Assembly (NCBI GenBank): GCA_048886685.1
Contig: JBHLKM010000002.1
Location: 231,532 to 295,531 of the forward strand
Direction: 5' to 3'
Source of the DNA: Candidatus Hodarchaeota archaeon
Lineage (GTDB): Archaea > Asgardarchaeota > Lokiarchaeia > Sigyniarchaeales > SOKP01
DNA length: 64,000 nucleotides
Part shown: positions 39,556 to 49,980 of the stretch, in pieces
Layout of the letters: each line of letters opens with the position of its first letter
How positions within the stretch are numbered: position 1 is the stretch's first letter
Translations under genes and position numbers: made by a program
The notes under the pieces: model-generated
The model's input: the letters and a program-made list of their open reading frames with translations, nothing else
Database searches by the model: none
Told to the model about the DNA's origin: nothing

Positions 39556-41784
39556 ATGACTGAGATTAATTGTAAAATATGTGATAAAAAGATCCATTTT
39601 AACCACGTTAATCCTAATACCTACATCCATAAGTCTGAGTCAGGCAACCCAATGATAGGAAAGCTTTATACAATTCGGGTAGGACACTCTACTGAATCAG
39701 ATTCTTTACATGTCAACGTCGTTGTAGTTGATGAAAAAGGAGAATATCGTGCTCATAAAGATTATTATGAAGAAAAAAAAAGTGGAAAAGGAGCTCCTGA
39801 TCTATGGAACACCTTTCAACGTCTTGTTCCTCTAGAGCTGCGGGTTTATTTATCGTTAGCAAATGAAGAAGAAATAAATATTCTTACCTCTATAAAGGGG
39901 ATACAAAAAAAAAATATTAGTGAATGGTATGAGTATTTAATTGACCTAAGAAATAATAATCCTCAAAGTCAATTACTTTCATTCTTAGCAGTTAAATGGG
40001 GATTTATAATTGGAAAAGGTAAAGAACTTCTAGATTTTAGATATAATCCTAGTTCTTGGAGTTATCCCATATATTTACGATTACAAGCAAGGTTTGCACC
40101 CTCATCAGAGCTAATCTTAATCGCTAAAAGAATTAACTTCAAGTTTGCTCCCCCAATTATTCAATTAGAAGCTGCCATTGCAAAAGCTGAAGTCTTCCTT
40201 CGTTTAAGTGCTTATGATCTTTTAGAAAAATTATATGATAATTGTCAAGCGGAATGGGGTGACCAAACTTCTATAGAAATGAAATCAGGATTAATGCTTT
40301 TGCAAGGGTATTATGGCTTCAGATTATATTTTCTTGGTAGGATTAATGAAGCTATAGAAGTTATAGAACCAGTTTTTAATTTCGGACAATTATTAGATAA
40401 TCGAGAAATCATAAGTGTTGTAGGAAATTTTTATGCTGCTGTTAATCAATCTAGTGGAGATTTAGAAAAAGCTTTAGAAATCTTTGAAATTGTATTAAAA
40501 GTCAGCGAAGAAATGGGAGATGAAAGAACTCATGCCGTTATTTCTTCGAATATGTCAGTTCTTGAATCCAAACAAGGATTGTATGATCAAGCTCTAAAAC
40601 GTCAGCAAGCTATATTAGAATTACCAATTGTACAAGAAGAATTTTTTATAAGAAGTTCTTTATTGAGTATTATTGCCGAGACACTATTTATTTCGGAACG
40701 ATATGATGAATCAAAAGAATTATGCCAAAAAGTTCTTTCAGAAGAAAATGTGCCTTCCTATTATAAACTTGATCTACTCTCTACTCTAAAAAGAATTGCT
40801 GGTAAAACAGATTCTCTTGAACTACTAGAATTTGTACGAAATAACTTACCAAATGATACAGATTTCTTAGATTCCCCGGTAGGCAATATCTTTATGCATG
40901 ATCTAGAAGCTATCGAAGGAGAATTACGTGGTAATTGGTCAGAATTGATTACTCATCTGAATGAAGAAAGAGAAATTATGTTTTTGAACCAAATTGTAGA
41001 AGATGCAAGTGATATTGAAATTAGGTTAGCTGAAGGATATTTTAAATATTACCAAGAGACGGGGAATCTAGAGCATTTAAATCATGCTTACAATCATTTG
41101 GATTTAGCAAAAACTATTGCAATTGAAAATCAAAGCTATTTAGATCTTTGTAGATTGGTTTTACTCAAAGGATTATTAGCAGCTGAAAGTAACTTGCCTG
41201 AACAAGCAAAATTGTACTTCGAAGAAGCATTAAAAACAGCACATGAATTCAATTTATCAAGTCTTGAAAAAGATATAAAGTTAAATTTGGGACAATTAAA
41301 TGCGGGAGTAATAGAAAAATCTGCAGATTCTATCTTAAGAAGAATGTTTCAAAGATTAACATTCAGAAAATCTGAGGAGACAAAAACAAAAAAGAAAAGT
41401 ATTGTACAAACAATTTATATAGAAACACAAGATTCTGCTTGGGAATTAATTTTACAAAATGTAAAGAGTGGATCTCCCCAAAATGCTAATTATCTCATAG
41501 GATTTCATGATCTATGGAATAATGTGAGGAAATATGTATTACAACAGCAAGTAAATTATTTTACTGTAAGTAACGGTGCTGTTTTAATTGAAAATTCAAC
41601 TCACTTTCAATTGATTGCTTTATGTGATCAATTAGACTATTTAACCAGATTAACTCTTCAGAACCTCCTACCAGCACTCGAAGATTTTTCTTTTAGACAT
41701 ATTCCAGAAGAATTAGAAGAAGAGACGCTAAAAATACTAAGTTCCAGTATCGGTAAATTCATCAAAGTCGATAAAAATCAATAG
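39556..41784 (+). CDS. TPR-repeat protein (likely co-transcribed with the GTPase)
   Basis: TPR-like helices (GDLEKALEIFEIVL, GLYDQALKRQQAIL, EQAKLYFEEALKTA); GAGGTG RBS. Confidence 0.7.
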   Translation: MTEINCKICDKKIHFNHVNPNTYIHKSESGNPMIGKLYTIRVGHSTESDSLHVNVVVVDEKGEYRAHKDYYEEKKSGKGAPDLWNTFQRLVPLELRVYLSLANEEEINILTSIKGIQKKNISEWYEYLIDLRNNNPQSQLLSFLAVKWGFIIGKGKELLDFRYNPSSWSYPIYLRLQARFAPSSELILIAKRINFKFAPPIIQLEAAIAKAEVFLRLSAYDLLEKLYDNCQAEWGDQTSIEMKSGLMLLQGYYGFRLYFLGRINEAIEVIEPVFNFGQLLDNREIISVVGNFYAAVNQSSGDLEKALEIFEIVLKVSEEMGDERTHAVISSNMSVLESKQGLYDQALKRQQAILELPIVQEEFFIRSSLLSIIAETLFISERYDESKELCQKVLSEENVPSYYKLDLLSTLKRIAGKTDSLELLEFVRNNLPNDTDFLDSPVGNIFMHDLEAIEGELRGNWSELITHLNEEREIMFLNQIVEDASDIEIRLAEGYFKYYQETGNLEHLNHAYNHLDLAKTIAIENQSYLDLCRLVLLKGLLAAESNLPEQAKLYFEEALKTAHEFNLSSLEKDIKLNLGQLNAGVIEKSADSILRRMFQRLTFRKSEETKTKKKSIVQTIYIETQDSAWELILQNVKSGSPQNANYLIGFHDLWNNVRKYVLQQQVNYFTVSNGAVLIENSTHFQLIALCDQLDYLTRLTLQNLLPALEDFSFRHIPEELEEETLKILSSSIGKFIKVDKNQ

Positions 41785-41911
41785 GTAATAAAAATCTAAA
41801 ATTTTCTCTTTTTTGACAAAATAAAAATTAGCAAAATAAAAATTATTATAAGATGAAGTTCAAGTATTATTATTCAAATTATCCATATTAATACTCTCGA
41901 TTGAAGCAGAT

Positions 41912-43282
41912 TTGAATATGATTGAAGCATATCAAGAAAGTAGAAAAAAAACTTTCCGTTCCCTCTTTTTTCTATATTTCATGATATTTTTTTGTACAGG
42001 AATTTTACCCGTGAATATAGATAATCTCTTAGCATATCTTCATAATACCACAAAATTCGGAATCGGAATAATTTCAGCTGCATCATTGATCACTGGCATT
42101 ATTAGCATCTTAATATTTGGTTATCATGGAGATAAAATCTCAGAAAAATTTTCAAGGAAGAAAGTATTTATCTATACTAATTTTGTGTGGATCTTTACAT
42201 TTGGCTTAGCTTCTTTATCATATAATTTTTTTTATTTTCTTTTCTTTATTGTAGTAGGCGCAATTGGAACTGGAGCTTTTTTACCTCTTGGTTATTCAAT
42301 GATTGGAGATTTTTATTCTCCCAAAGAGAGAGGGAAAAAATATGGGATAATGCAAGTTAGTTTAATTTTAGGTGCGGGAATGGGGATAATATTTGGAGGA
42401 TTGTTAGGAAGCTATGCCGGACCTTTAGGATGGAGAATTGCCTATGGGCTAGGATTTGTTTTAGGATTATTTGCGTTAATCTCTTATATTTTCTCAGGCA
42501 TAGAACCAGAACGGTTACGATCAGAACCGGAATTTGAGAATTTTAAAGGTGAAATAAATTATAACTATAAAATAACTTACAATAATCTGAAGCTACTGTT
42601 TAAAACACGATCTATAGGAGGAATATTACTTTCAGTATTCTGCTCAGGTATAGCTAATGCTACACTTGCTATATGGGCAATTTTTTATTTAACTACTAAA
42701 ATAAATGGTAGTGATGCGGAATTCATAGCTACAACTATTTATATTCTAGCTGGAGGTGGCGCTCTTCCTGGATCTATAATAGGTGGAAGGTTAGGAGATA
42801 AATATTTCAAGTCTGGAAAATTTAAAGGGCGGGTGATCGTTTCATTAATCGGTCTAATCGTAGGAATCTCTCTTTTGATAATCTTCTATATATTACCATT
42901 CTATACTGAAACAAGACTTCAAGTTATCTTTTCTTGGATATTTTTTCTGATAACAGGTTATTTAGGTTTTTTTCTAACAGCTTTTTCTTCTGGAAATCAA
43001 TTTGCTATTTATTCAGAAGTCTCTCTACCTGAGGTTAGAAGTACTGCTAATGCTATGAATGGATTAATGGTGAATCTCGGGGGGATTATTGGGAATTTGG
43101 TAATATCTTCCATGATTGAAAATAATGAGTCATTGTTACCTTTTGCTATTTTTTTAGTTCTAATGATTTGGTTAATCGGAACACTCTTTTGGATTATTCC
43201 ATACCTTTATTATCCAAAAGATTTGAAAGAATGCAGAGATACTCTATCAAAAAGAAGATTTGATTTAGAAAAAAACATATAA
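41912..43282 (+). CDS. MFS transporter
   Basis: About 12 TM segments; GYHGDK...SRKK, IGDFYSPKERGK, GWRIAY, EVRSTA. Confidence 0.9.
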   Translation: MNMIEAYQESRKKTFRSLFFLYFMIFFCTGILPVNIDNLLAYLHNTTKFGIGIISAASLITGIISILIFGYHGDKISEKFSRKKVFIYTNFVWIFTFGLASLSYNFFYFLFFIVVGAIGTGAFLPLGYSMIGDFYSPKERGKKYGIMQVSLILGAGMGIIFGGLLGSYAGPLGWRIAYGLGFVLGLFALISYIFSGIEPERLRSEPEFENFKGEINYNYKITYNNLKLLFKTRSIGGILLSVFCSGIANATLAIWAIFYLTTKINGSDAEFIATTIYILAGGGALPGSIIGGRLGDKYFKSGKFKGRVIVSLIGLIVGISLLIIFYILPFYTETRLQVIFSWIFFLITGYLGFFLTAFSSGNQFAIYSEVSLPEVRSTANAMNGLMVNLGGIIGNLVISSMIENNESLLPFAIFLVLMIWLIGTLFWIIPYLYYPKDLKECRDTLSKRRFDLEKNI

Positions 43283-43374
43283 AACAAGAAAAAATCCAAT
43301 TGAATTATTTATCATCCCAATTGTATTTTATTTTCTTTAAAAATAAATAAAAGACATTCATTATTGTTTAGTTC

Positions 43375-45351
43375 ATGGATGTTGAAAAATATCTAAACAA
43401 AATATTATCTGAAGTTAATGGGCAAAGAGCTTGGGATTGGGTCGCAAAGATATCTCAGTTTAGCAGAATACAAGGATCTAAGGGATATCACGAAATTGCT
43501 CAAATAATTAAGAATGAATTATCTAGAATTGGATATAGCGAGATCGAGCACTTTAAATCTCCCGCCGATGGAAAAAACAATGTTTGGGGGTATGTTGCGG
43601 CTTATCAGTGGGAAATTGAGTCTGGCGAGCTTTGGATTACTGAGCCTGAAAAGATAAAACTCTGCGATTATAATGAAATTAAAACTTCCGTTATAACCCA
43701 TTCAAAGGCATGTGATATCATTACTGAAGTAGTTGATATAGGAAAAGGGGATAAAAAGGAGGATTATGAAAGTAAGGATATCAATGGAAAAATAATATTG
43801 ATTTCTAGCCCAACGTATAGGTATCATTCCTATATTGAAGATTCGGGAGCTCTAGGGGTAATATACTATCCAGATATGAAAAGAACAGGTGATCAATTGG
43901 ATAAGCGTATTTATAATAGCTTTTTCACTACTCATGACCGACTTGATAAGGCTAAATCTGGTTTTAGTATCTCCTACAAACAAGCTATTTATTTGAAGGA
44001 ACTATTAGCAAAAGGAGCTGTAAAGGTCCATGCATTAATTAATGCCAAATTTATGGAGGGAAATCTTGAAGTAGTCACTTCTTCTATCAAAGGGACTAAA
44101 TATCCTGACCAAGAAATAGTTGTTATCGCCCATTTATGTCATCCTTTTCCAAGTGCAAATGACAATGCTAGTGGTGCTGCTGGATTATTGGAACTCGCAA
44201 GAGCCTTAAAAAACTTAATTGATAAAAAAATTATAAATCCACCAAAAAGAACTATCAGGTTTGTATGGGTTCCAGAATTCAATGGGACAGTCCCATGGAT
44301 GAAGCAGCATGAAAACAAAATTAGCAACGTTTTAGCCTGTCTTAATCTAGATATGATTGGAGAACATCCTCTAAAAATAGGATATCCTTTACTAATAAAT
44401 TTAGCAGCCCATTCCACTCCGTCAATCCTTAATGATATTGCAACGTTCTTTATAGAGAAGATTGTTGATCACCCTAAAGGCATCGCAATTAATGGTACAA
44501 AAGTTCCAATGAGTTATCGGTTTACAGGTTTTGAAGGAGGGAGCGATCACGTTCTTTTTGCGGACTCATATTTCGGAATACCCTCATTAATGTTTGGGCA
44601 TGAGGATCCTTATTATCACTCATCGATGGACACTGTTGAATATTGTGATTCTACAGAATTGAAAAGAGTTATCGGAATGGGTACATCCATATCACATACC
44701 CTCTCATTATTGGATGATAATTTGATATCTGAGTTATGGCCTATTATTCAGCAAGGTGTATATAATAGATGGGGTAAAGCAATTAAACTTCTGGAAGAAT
44801 TGATATTAAGCATAACTGGTCTAAAATACACGTCAAGTAAAGAAGATTTAATTGAAATTGTTATACTAGGAACAGATATCATTCAATCTTTTCTTGATTA
44901 TGAATTGAATTTATTGAATTGGCTAGAAAAATTTGACTCATCTTATAAATTAGTTGGTCTACTAGATTTTTCAAAAAAATTGATTTCAGAAATCCTTGAA
45001 ATTTATAATCTAAGATGGTCTAATCAAATTAAAGAATATATAGGAGATAATAAAGTTGAGGATTTAAAAACCAGATTAAACGTAAGTTATATGCCCAATT
45101 TCAATGGACCCCTTGATATAGAAAAACTATTCCCTCTTTTTGATTTTCCACCATTTAAAGACTTTTGTAAGAGTTTGAAGTCCGAATATTTAGGTCCAAT
45201 TAATGAGTTAATTAATTTACTATGTAAGGGATATAAACTTTTAAGGGTTGCGAGTTATTTATCTTTGGAATATAATACGACTATTCTACCAAAAAAGGTT
45301 GTAGAACTCGTAAATTATTTAGAAAAGGAAAATATTATATATAAAAATTAA
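43375..45351 (+). CDS. M28-family aminopeptidase (DUF4910-like, PA domain)
   Basis: AHLCH, ANDNASG, WVPE, NLDMIG, GSDH, YHSSMD. Confidence 0.85.
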   Translation: MDVEKYLNKILSEVNGQRAWDWVAKISQFSRIQGSKGYHEIAQIIKNELSRIGYSEIEHFKSPADGKNNVWGYVAAYQWEIESGELWITEPEKIKLCDYNEIKTSVITHSKACDIITEVVDIGKGDKKEDYESKDINGKIILISSPTYRYHSYIEDSGALGVIYYPDMKRTGDQLDKRIYNSFFTTHDRLDKAKSGFSISYKQAIYLKELLAKGAVKVHALINAKFMEGNLEVVTSSIKGTKYPDQEIVVIAHLCHPFPSANDNASGAAGLLELARALKNLIDKKIINPPKRTIRFVWVPEFNGTVPWMKQHENKISNVLACLNLDMIGEHPLKIGYPLLINLAAHSTPSILNDIATFFIEKIVDHPKGIAINGTKVPMSYRFTGFEGGSDHVLFADSYFGIPSLMFGHEDPYYHSSMDTVEYCDSTELKRVIGMGTSISHTLSLLDDNLISELWPIIQQGVYNRWGKAIKLLEELILSITGLKYTSSKEDLIEIVILGTDIIQSFLDYELNLLNWLEKFDSSYKLVGLLDFSKKLISEILEIYNLRWSNQIKEYIGDNKVEDLKTRLNVSYMPNFNGPLDIEKLFPLFDFPPFKDFCKSLKSEYLGPINELINLLCKGYKLLRVASYLSLEYNTTILPKKVVELVNYLEKENIIYKN

Positions 45352-45464
45352 AAAGATAGTTATATTTTTTATTTAATTACTTTTTTATAGTTAAATTTTT
45401 AGAATAAGTAGAATTTATTTCTCTTGAAGAAAGAACTATTATTATCCTTTAAATTACTATTGGA

Positions 45465-46508
45465 ATGGTTGTTTTGTCGGATATTTTTAATGGATCAGTG
45501 GATAAAAACCCGAATGAAGATCTATGTGTCGTTTATGTATTATATTTTGATGAAAAGAAGGGTCAAATTCCCCTATTAATGTATCCTGATGATAGGCTAA
45601 GGAATGATAAAAGATATATGCGTCCAGTAAATTATCATCCAGTTTGGTTCTTGGAAACTGCGGAACTTGACCATATAGATTTAGAATATAAAGGATATAC
45701 TTTTTTTGGAAAAAAATTTTTAGTAAAATCTAAAAGGCAAAAGAGAAGAGCAGGACTTGAATTAGAGACCCCAGAAACAATAGTAATAATAGTTTCTTTG
45801 CCTATTGAATTAGAAATTTTTGGAGATGAACTAATCCGAAAGTTAGCAGATGAAATTAGGAGTAAATTCGAAGATCAATTTTTTGAAGTTATTGAAAGTG
45901 AAATTGCTAGCGAAAATGTAATTAAATCTCCAAAGGTTCAGGAACGAATAACGAAAGGTAAGAAGATAAAAGTATTCATGAGGGAATTGATTGATACTAC
46001 CATCAGAAATTACTTCTCTAATGCTATTCAGAAAAAAACTGATTCACCATCATTTAAAACTCAAAAAGCTATTTCCTATTTTGCTCTAAAGGGATTTGAT
46101 TTTTCACCTCTTGGCAATTTAAGAAGAGAGGAACCATTCTCTAATATAGAATTATTTGATCCTACAAAACAAGCAAATGAAGGTATCTCAACCGCATTTC
46201 CCGTTTCAATAAATCATATTAATTTTATTGAAAATAGTCAAGAAATAGAAGTTACAGTTCAAAACAATACTGACAAAGAATTACAAAATATTTCTATAAC
46301 AATAACTCATGTGAAAGAATTTTTTGAAAAAGAAGTAATGAACCAAGAGGTTGATTTCTGGTTTTCTCAAGAAGAACTCTTGTTTGTATCTCCAATTGTG
46401 CCTCATATTGATGAATATTTATTTTCCATCAATCAACAAGTCGATGGTGGAGATGATATAAAAATTCTTACACAGAGAATAGATTTAAAATTAATCAATA
46501 AAATTTAA
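45465..46508 (+). CDS. uDENN/longin-like protein with C-terminal Ig-like domain
   Basis: N-terminal VYVLYFDEKKGQIPLLMYP resembles the hFD..xGP...hP longin/uDENN signature. Confidence 0.5.
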   Translation: MVVLSDIFNGSVDKNPNEDLCVVYVLYFDEKKGQIPLLMYPDDRLRNDKRYMRPVNYHPVWFLETAELDHIDLEYKGYTFFGKKFLVKSKRQKRRAGLELETPETIVIIVSLPIELEIFGDELIRKLADEIRSKFEDQFFEVIESEIASENVIKSPKVQERITKGKKIKVFMRELIDTTIRNYFSNAIQKKTDSPSFKTQKAISYFALKGFDFSPLGNLRREEPFSNIELFDPTKQANEGISTAFPVSINHINFIENSQEIEVTVQNNTDKELQNISITITHVKEFFEKEVMNQEVDFWFSQEELLFVSPIVPHIDEYLFSINQQVDGGDDIKILTQRIDLKLINKI

Positions 46509-46518
46509 AATTAAAAAA

Positions 46519-47007
46519 ATGGAAATCAAAATGTCATATGATGTATTAAAAGAAGAAGATATTATTATTAGAAATTACCGGACATCAGATTATCAATCAA
46601 CTTTAGAAATTCTAAAAGAGCTTAACAAGCTATATGATATTGGTTTTAATGAAAAACAATGGAGAGAATCTTCAGGATTAAGACAGTTTAAACCAAATTT
46701 AAAACGAATCACCTTGATTGCAGAATTAAAATCTAATGGTGATGTTGTCAGCATGGGTGTAATTGAAGCTCAAAAGAATACTTTAGGGCAGTATGTTGGT
46801 TATTTAGATAATTGGGCTACAAAACGCGGATTCATAGGAAAGGGTGTTGGAAAACTCTTAGCAGATAGAGCCATTCAGATTTTACAATCCTGGGGATGTG
46901 ATTCGATAAGGATCAATCTAGCATATAAAACAGATAAAAAGCTTCTTGATGTATTTGGGAAAACGGGATTTCATCCAATACTCATAGTTCTCGAAAAAAG
47001 ATTTTAG
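46519..47007 (+). CDS. GNAT acetyltransferase
   Basis: IRNYRTSD, FIGKGVGKLL, FGKTGF. Confidence 0.7.
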   Translation: MEIKMSYDVLKEEDIIIRNYRTSDYQSTLEILKELNKLYDIGFNEKQWRESSGLRQFKPNLKRITLIAELKSNGDVVSMGVIEAQKNTLGQYVGYLDNWATKRGFIGKGVGKLLADRAIQILQSWGCDSIRINLAYKTDKKLLDVFGKTGFHPILIVLEKRF

Positions 47008-47103
47008 AATTTTTAAAGAGAAAGCTGTTCAAAACTGTTATATCAGATTTTTTATTATTTCTTATTTTAATTAAATGAGTCCATAATCTAAACTTTAAGG
47101 TGA

Positions 47104-47379
47104 ATGAAGATGGGTGAGGTGTGTAGATTATGTAAACATTGTAAGATTGAATACTATATCTGCAATATTGATAAAGAACGAAAAGATCCTGAGGATACAT
47201 GTGAACATTTTAAGAGTTTTAGTGGTTTTAGAGCTTTTACCTTGCCATTTATAATAATTATATTATTAGCTATTGTTAGTTGCGTAGTTTTATGGATTCT
47301 TTTCCCAGATAAGATTATCTTAATATTGTCACCAATAATAGTTGGTGCTATTTGGGTAATTTTTATTTTTCTGCGATAA
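47104..47379 (+). CDS. Small Cys-rich membrane protein
   Basis: CRLCKHC...C...CEHF followed by two TM helices. Confidence 0.55.
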   Translation: MKMGEVCRLCKHCKIEYYICNIDKERKDPEDTCEHFKSFSGFRAFTLPFIIIILLAIVSCVVLWILFPDKIILILSPIIVGAIWVIFIFLR

Positions 47380-47502
47380 TTCTTACTCCAGAAGATATTT
47401 GAGTAAAAATTATAGTTAAGAACTGAGATTCAGTTTTTAAAAATTTTAAAGTTCCATGATGATAAATCAATATATTCTTACCTCTTTAATTTTTCTAAGC
47501 TA

Positions 47503-48066
47503 TTACCTTAAAAGGTTAAAATAACTTTTTAGGTATTTTTGCGCAACAAAAATTGAAAGAAGGTTTCCTCCACCCAATATTCCTCCAATTAATACTGTAA
47601 TCCATGCTATTTTTGCGGTCTTAGATGTTTCAAAACGTAAGAAAATGATCGTACCTATAACTGTGATGACGCCTCCCAAAATTGTAATAAATTGGAAAAT
47701 TGTAACAAATAACATTCCTAAAATTAGGAATTCAGGATACAAAACTAATATAAGCGACCCAATAAGTATTGAGATAGTTCCACCGAGAATCCCTAAAGCA
47801 AATCCTCCCGTCTTTGATGTTGACTTAATTCGCTCATCTAGACAATAGGGGCAGTTATCTACTCCTTGAGGGATATAGTTCTTACAATATATACATTTTA
47901 CCATTTTCTCTTGTTGATACAGTTTAAATTGCTCTCCTTCTTTTTCAATATTTTCCAAATGCTTTTCTCTTTCCTCTGTCTTCCTCTTTTCGATTTTTAC
48001 TATTTTTGCTTTCATTTCTTGAGCATAATCCCTTGCATTTCCACCATTTTTTCCTTCTTCATTCAT
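47503..48066 (-). CDS. Zinc-ribbon membrane protein
   Basis: Charged N-terminus, CIYC...CPYC, three TM helices. Confidence 0.65.
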   Translation of the reverse strand: MNEEGKNGGNARDYAQEMKAKIVKIEKRKTEEREKHLENIEKEGEQFKLYQQEKMVKCIYCKNYIPQGVDNCPYCLDERIKSTSKTGGFALGILGGTISILIGSLILVLYPEFLILGMLFVTIFQFITILGGVITVIGTIIFLRFETSKTAKIAWITVLIGGILGGGNLLSIFVAQKYLKSYFNLLR

Positions 48067-48156
48067 TCCTTACACACATACGTTCAATTCAATTATATAA
48101 CAAATCATATATAATAGAAATTAAATTGCTTCAATTCGTTTAATTAAATTTGATCT

Positions 48157-48246
48157 TTACAAAATTAAGAAAGTTAATGCATCAAACATCTCTTCAATAT
48201 TTCCTTTTTTTACACTACATTCTATGAATCCGTTCACACCCTCGAT
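48157..48246 (-). pseudogene. C-terminal remnant of a Ras-like small GTPase
   Basis: IEGVNGFIECSVKKGNIEEMFDALTFLIL*, matching the G5 region (compare YIECSSKTGENVESVF at 58630-58926); in-frame TAA immediately upstream. Confidence 0.55.
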
Positions 48247-48401
48247 TTAGCACACAGTATTATGAAATAATTAGACTTTCTTGTATAAAAACTTAATTAC
48301 AAATCTCTAATTTCGTATATCAATCCTATGTAGATAAATAATACATAATGTCTAACAGGTTAGGAAAATAGAAATTTTATTAATTCTAAATAAAAGGAAT
48401 T

Positions 48402-49772
48402 TTATAATTTTTCAAACCTAGCTTGAAAAAATCTCAAATATTCAGGTTCATAGACCATTTCTAATCCACGAATCGTTTCTCTTTTTTCATAGAGTCTTTT
48501 TATCGATTCTGCTGTGTATTCCATATGGGAATTTGTGTAAACCCTTCTTGGAATTGTTAATCTTACTAATTCTAAAGGTGGAAAAATATTATCACCCGTT
48601 TCCTTATCTCGTCCCTTCGAAATAGCACCTCTCTCCATAGTTCTTACGGCAGAATCCTCATAAATCGCTGCTGCTAATGTTTGAGCAGGCCATTGTTCTC
48701 TTTCGAGATGAGGTAAAAATTTCAAAGCATCAAGAAAGACAGCATGTCCCCCAATAGGTTTTACAATTGGCACGTTAACTTTTTTTAACATCTCACCTAA
48801 ATACCGAACTTGATGAATTCTATATTTTAAATATTCATATTGAGCGCCCTCTCTCAAACCTCGAGCAACAGCTTCCATATCTCTCCCAGCCATACCACCA
48901 TATGTATGTAGACCTTCATAAACCACTACCATATTACGGGTGCTTTCAAAGATTTCCTCGTCATTTGTAGCGAGGAAACCACCAATGTTAACTAAACAAT
49001 CTTTCTTGCTCGAATATATACATCCATCAGAATAGCTCATCATTTCTCTTAAAATTTCAACAATCGGTACGTTTTCATAACCTTTTTCATGTTCTCGAAT
49101 AAAGAAAGCATTCTCACTAGAACGAGTTGCATCATAAATTATTTTAAGTTTGTAATCATTACAAAAATCTCTTAATTTTCTTAAGTTCTCCATAGAAATG
49201 GGTTGACCTCCTGCCATATTTACATCCATTTCCACGCTAACAAAAGCGATTTTATCCAAACCGTAGTCGTCTATATATTTCTGTAATTTTTTTAAGTCTA
49301 CATTTCCCTTAAATGGATGCTCATTCTCTGGATCATGAGCTTCATCAATAATCATGTCAACCATTTTTCCTCCAGGAAGTTCAACATGTAATTTTGAAGT
49401 AGTAAAATACATGTTTCTTGGAACAATTTGCCCTGGTTTTACAAGATGGCTATACATGAGATGTTCAGCACCTCTACCTTGGTGGGTTGGGACTAAATAT
49501 TTATAGCCTAAAACATCTTGTACCGCTTTCTCAAGATGGTAGAAGTTTTTTGCCCCAGCATAAGCCTCATCGCCTAAAAGCATACCACTCCACTGATAAT
49601 CAGACATAGCGGAAGTACCAGAATCAGTTAATAAATCAATAAATACATCTTCAGATTTTAAAAGGAATGTGTTATACCCAGCCTCTTTAATTGCTTCCTT
49701 TCTTCTATTTTCATCCGGCATTCCAACATGTTCGATCATCTTAATTTTAAATGGCTCAACAGGACCGTTCAT
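48402..49772 (-). CDS. tpl: Tyrosine phenol-lyase (beta-eliminating lyase family)
   Basis: YNTFLL, IDLLTDSGT, GDEAYAG, NMYFTT, SSKKD, MERG and LRFF are TPL-type; tryptophanase has YNPF, FDTT and LRHF. Confidence 0.82.
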   Translation of the reverse strand: MNGPVEPFKIKMIEHVGMPDENRRKEAIKEAGYNTFLLKSEDVFIDLLTDSGTSAMSDYQWSGMLLGDEAYAGAKNFYHLEKAVQDVLGYKYLVPTHQGRGAEHLMYSHLVKPGQIVPRNMYFTTSKLHVELPGGKMVDMIIDEAHDPENEHPFKGNVDLKKLQKYIDDYGLDKIAFVSVEMDVNMAGGQPISMENLRKLRDFCNDYKLKIIYDATRSSENAFFIREHEKGYENVPIVEILREMMSYSDGCIYSSKKDCLVNIGGFLATNDEEIFESTRNMVVVYEGLHTYGGMAGRDMEAVARGLREGAQYEYLKYRIHQVRYLGEMLKKVNVPIVKPIGGHAVFLDALKFLPHLEREQWPAQTLAAAIYEDSAVRTMERGAISKGRDKETGDNIFPPLELVRLTIPRRVYTNSHMEYTAESIKRLYEKRETIRGLEMVYEPEYLRFFQARFEKL

Positions 49773-49980
49773 AATAATATCAATAGAGAATACAATTTAG
49801 TATATTAATAATAATTAAGTATGTTAAATTGAAAAATATTCTCATAAAAGTCTCCCATCCTTTTCCCATTATCAAAAATCCTAATGGAAAATTACTTAAA
49901 TTCAAAAAAAGTTTAAATTAAGACTATATAAGGTTATATCTCTTTATTTTTTAACTTTTCATGAAATAATTTAAATTAAT

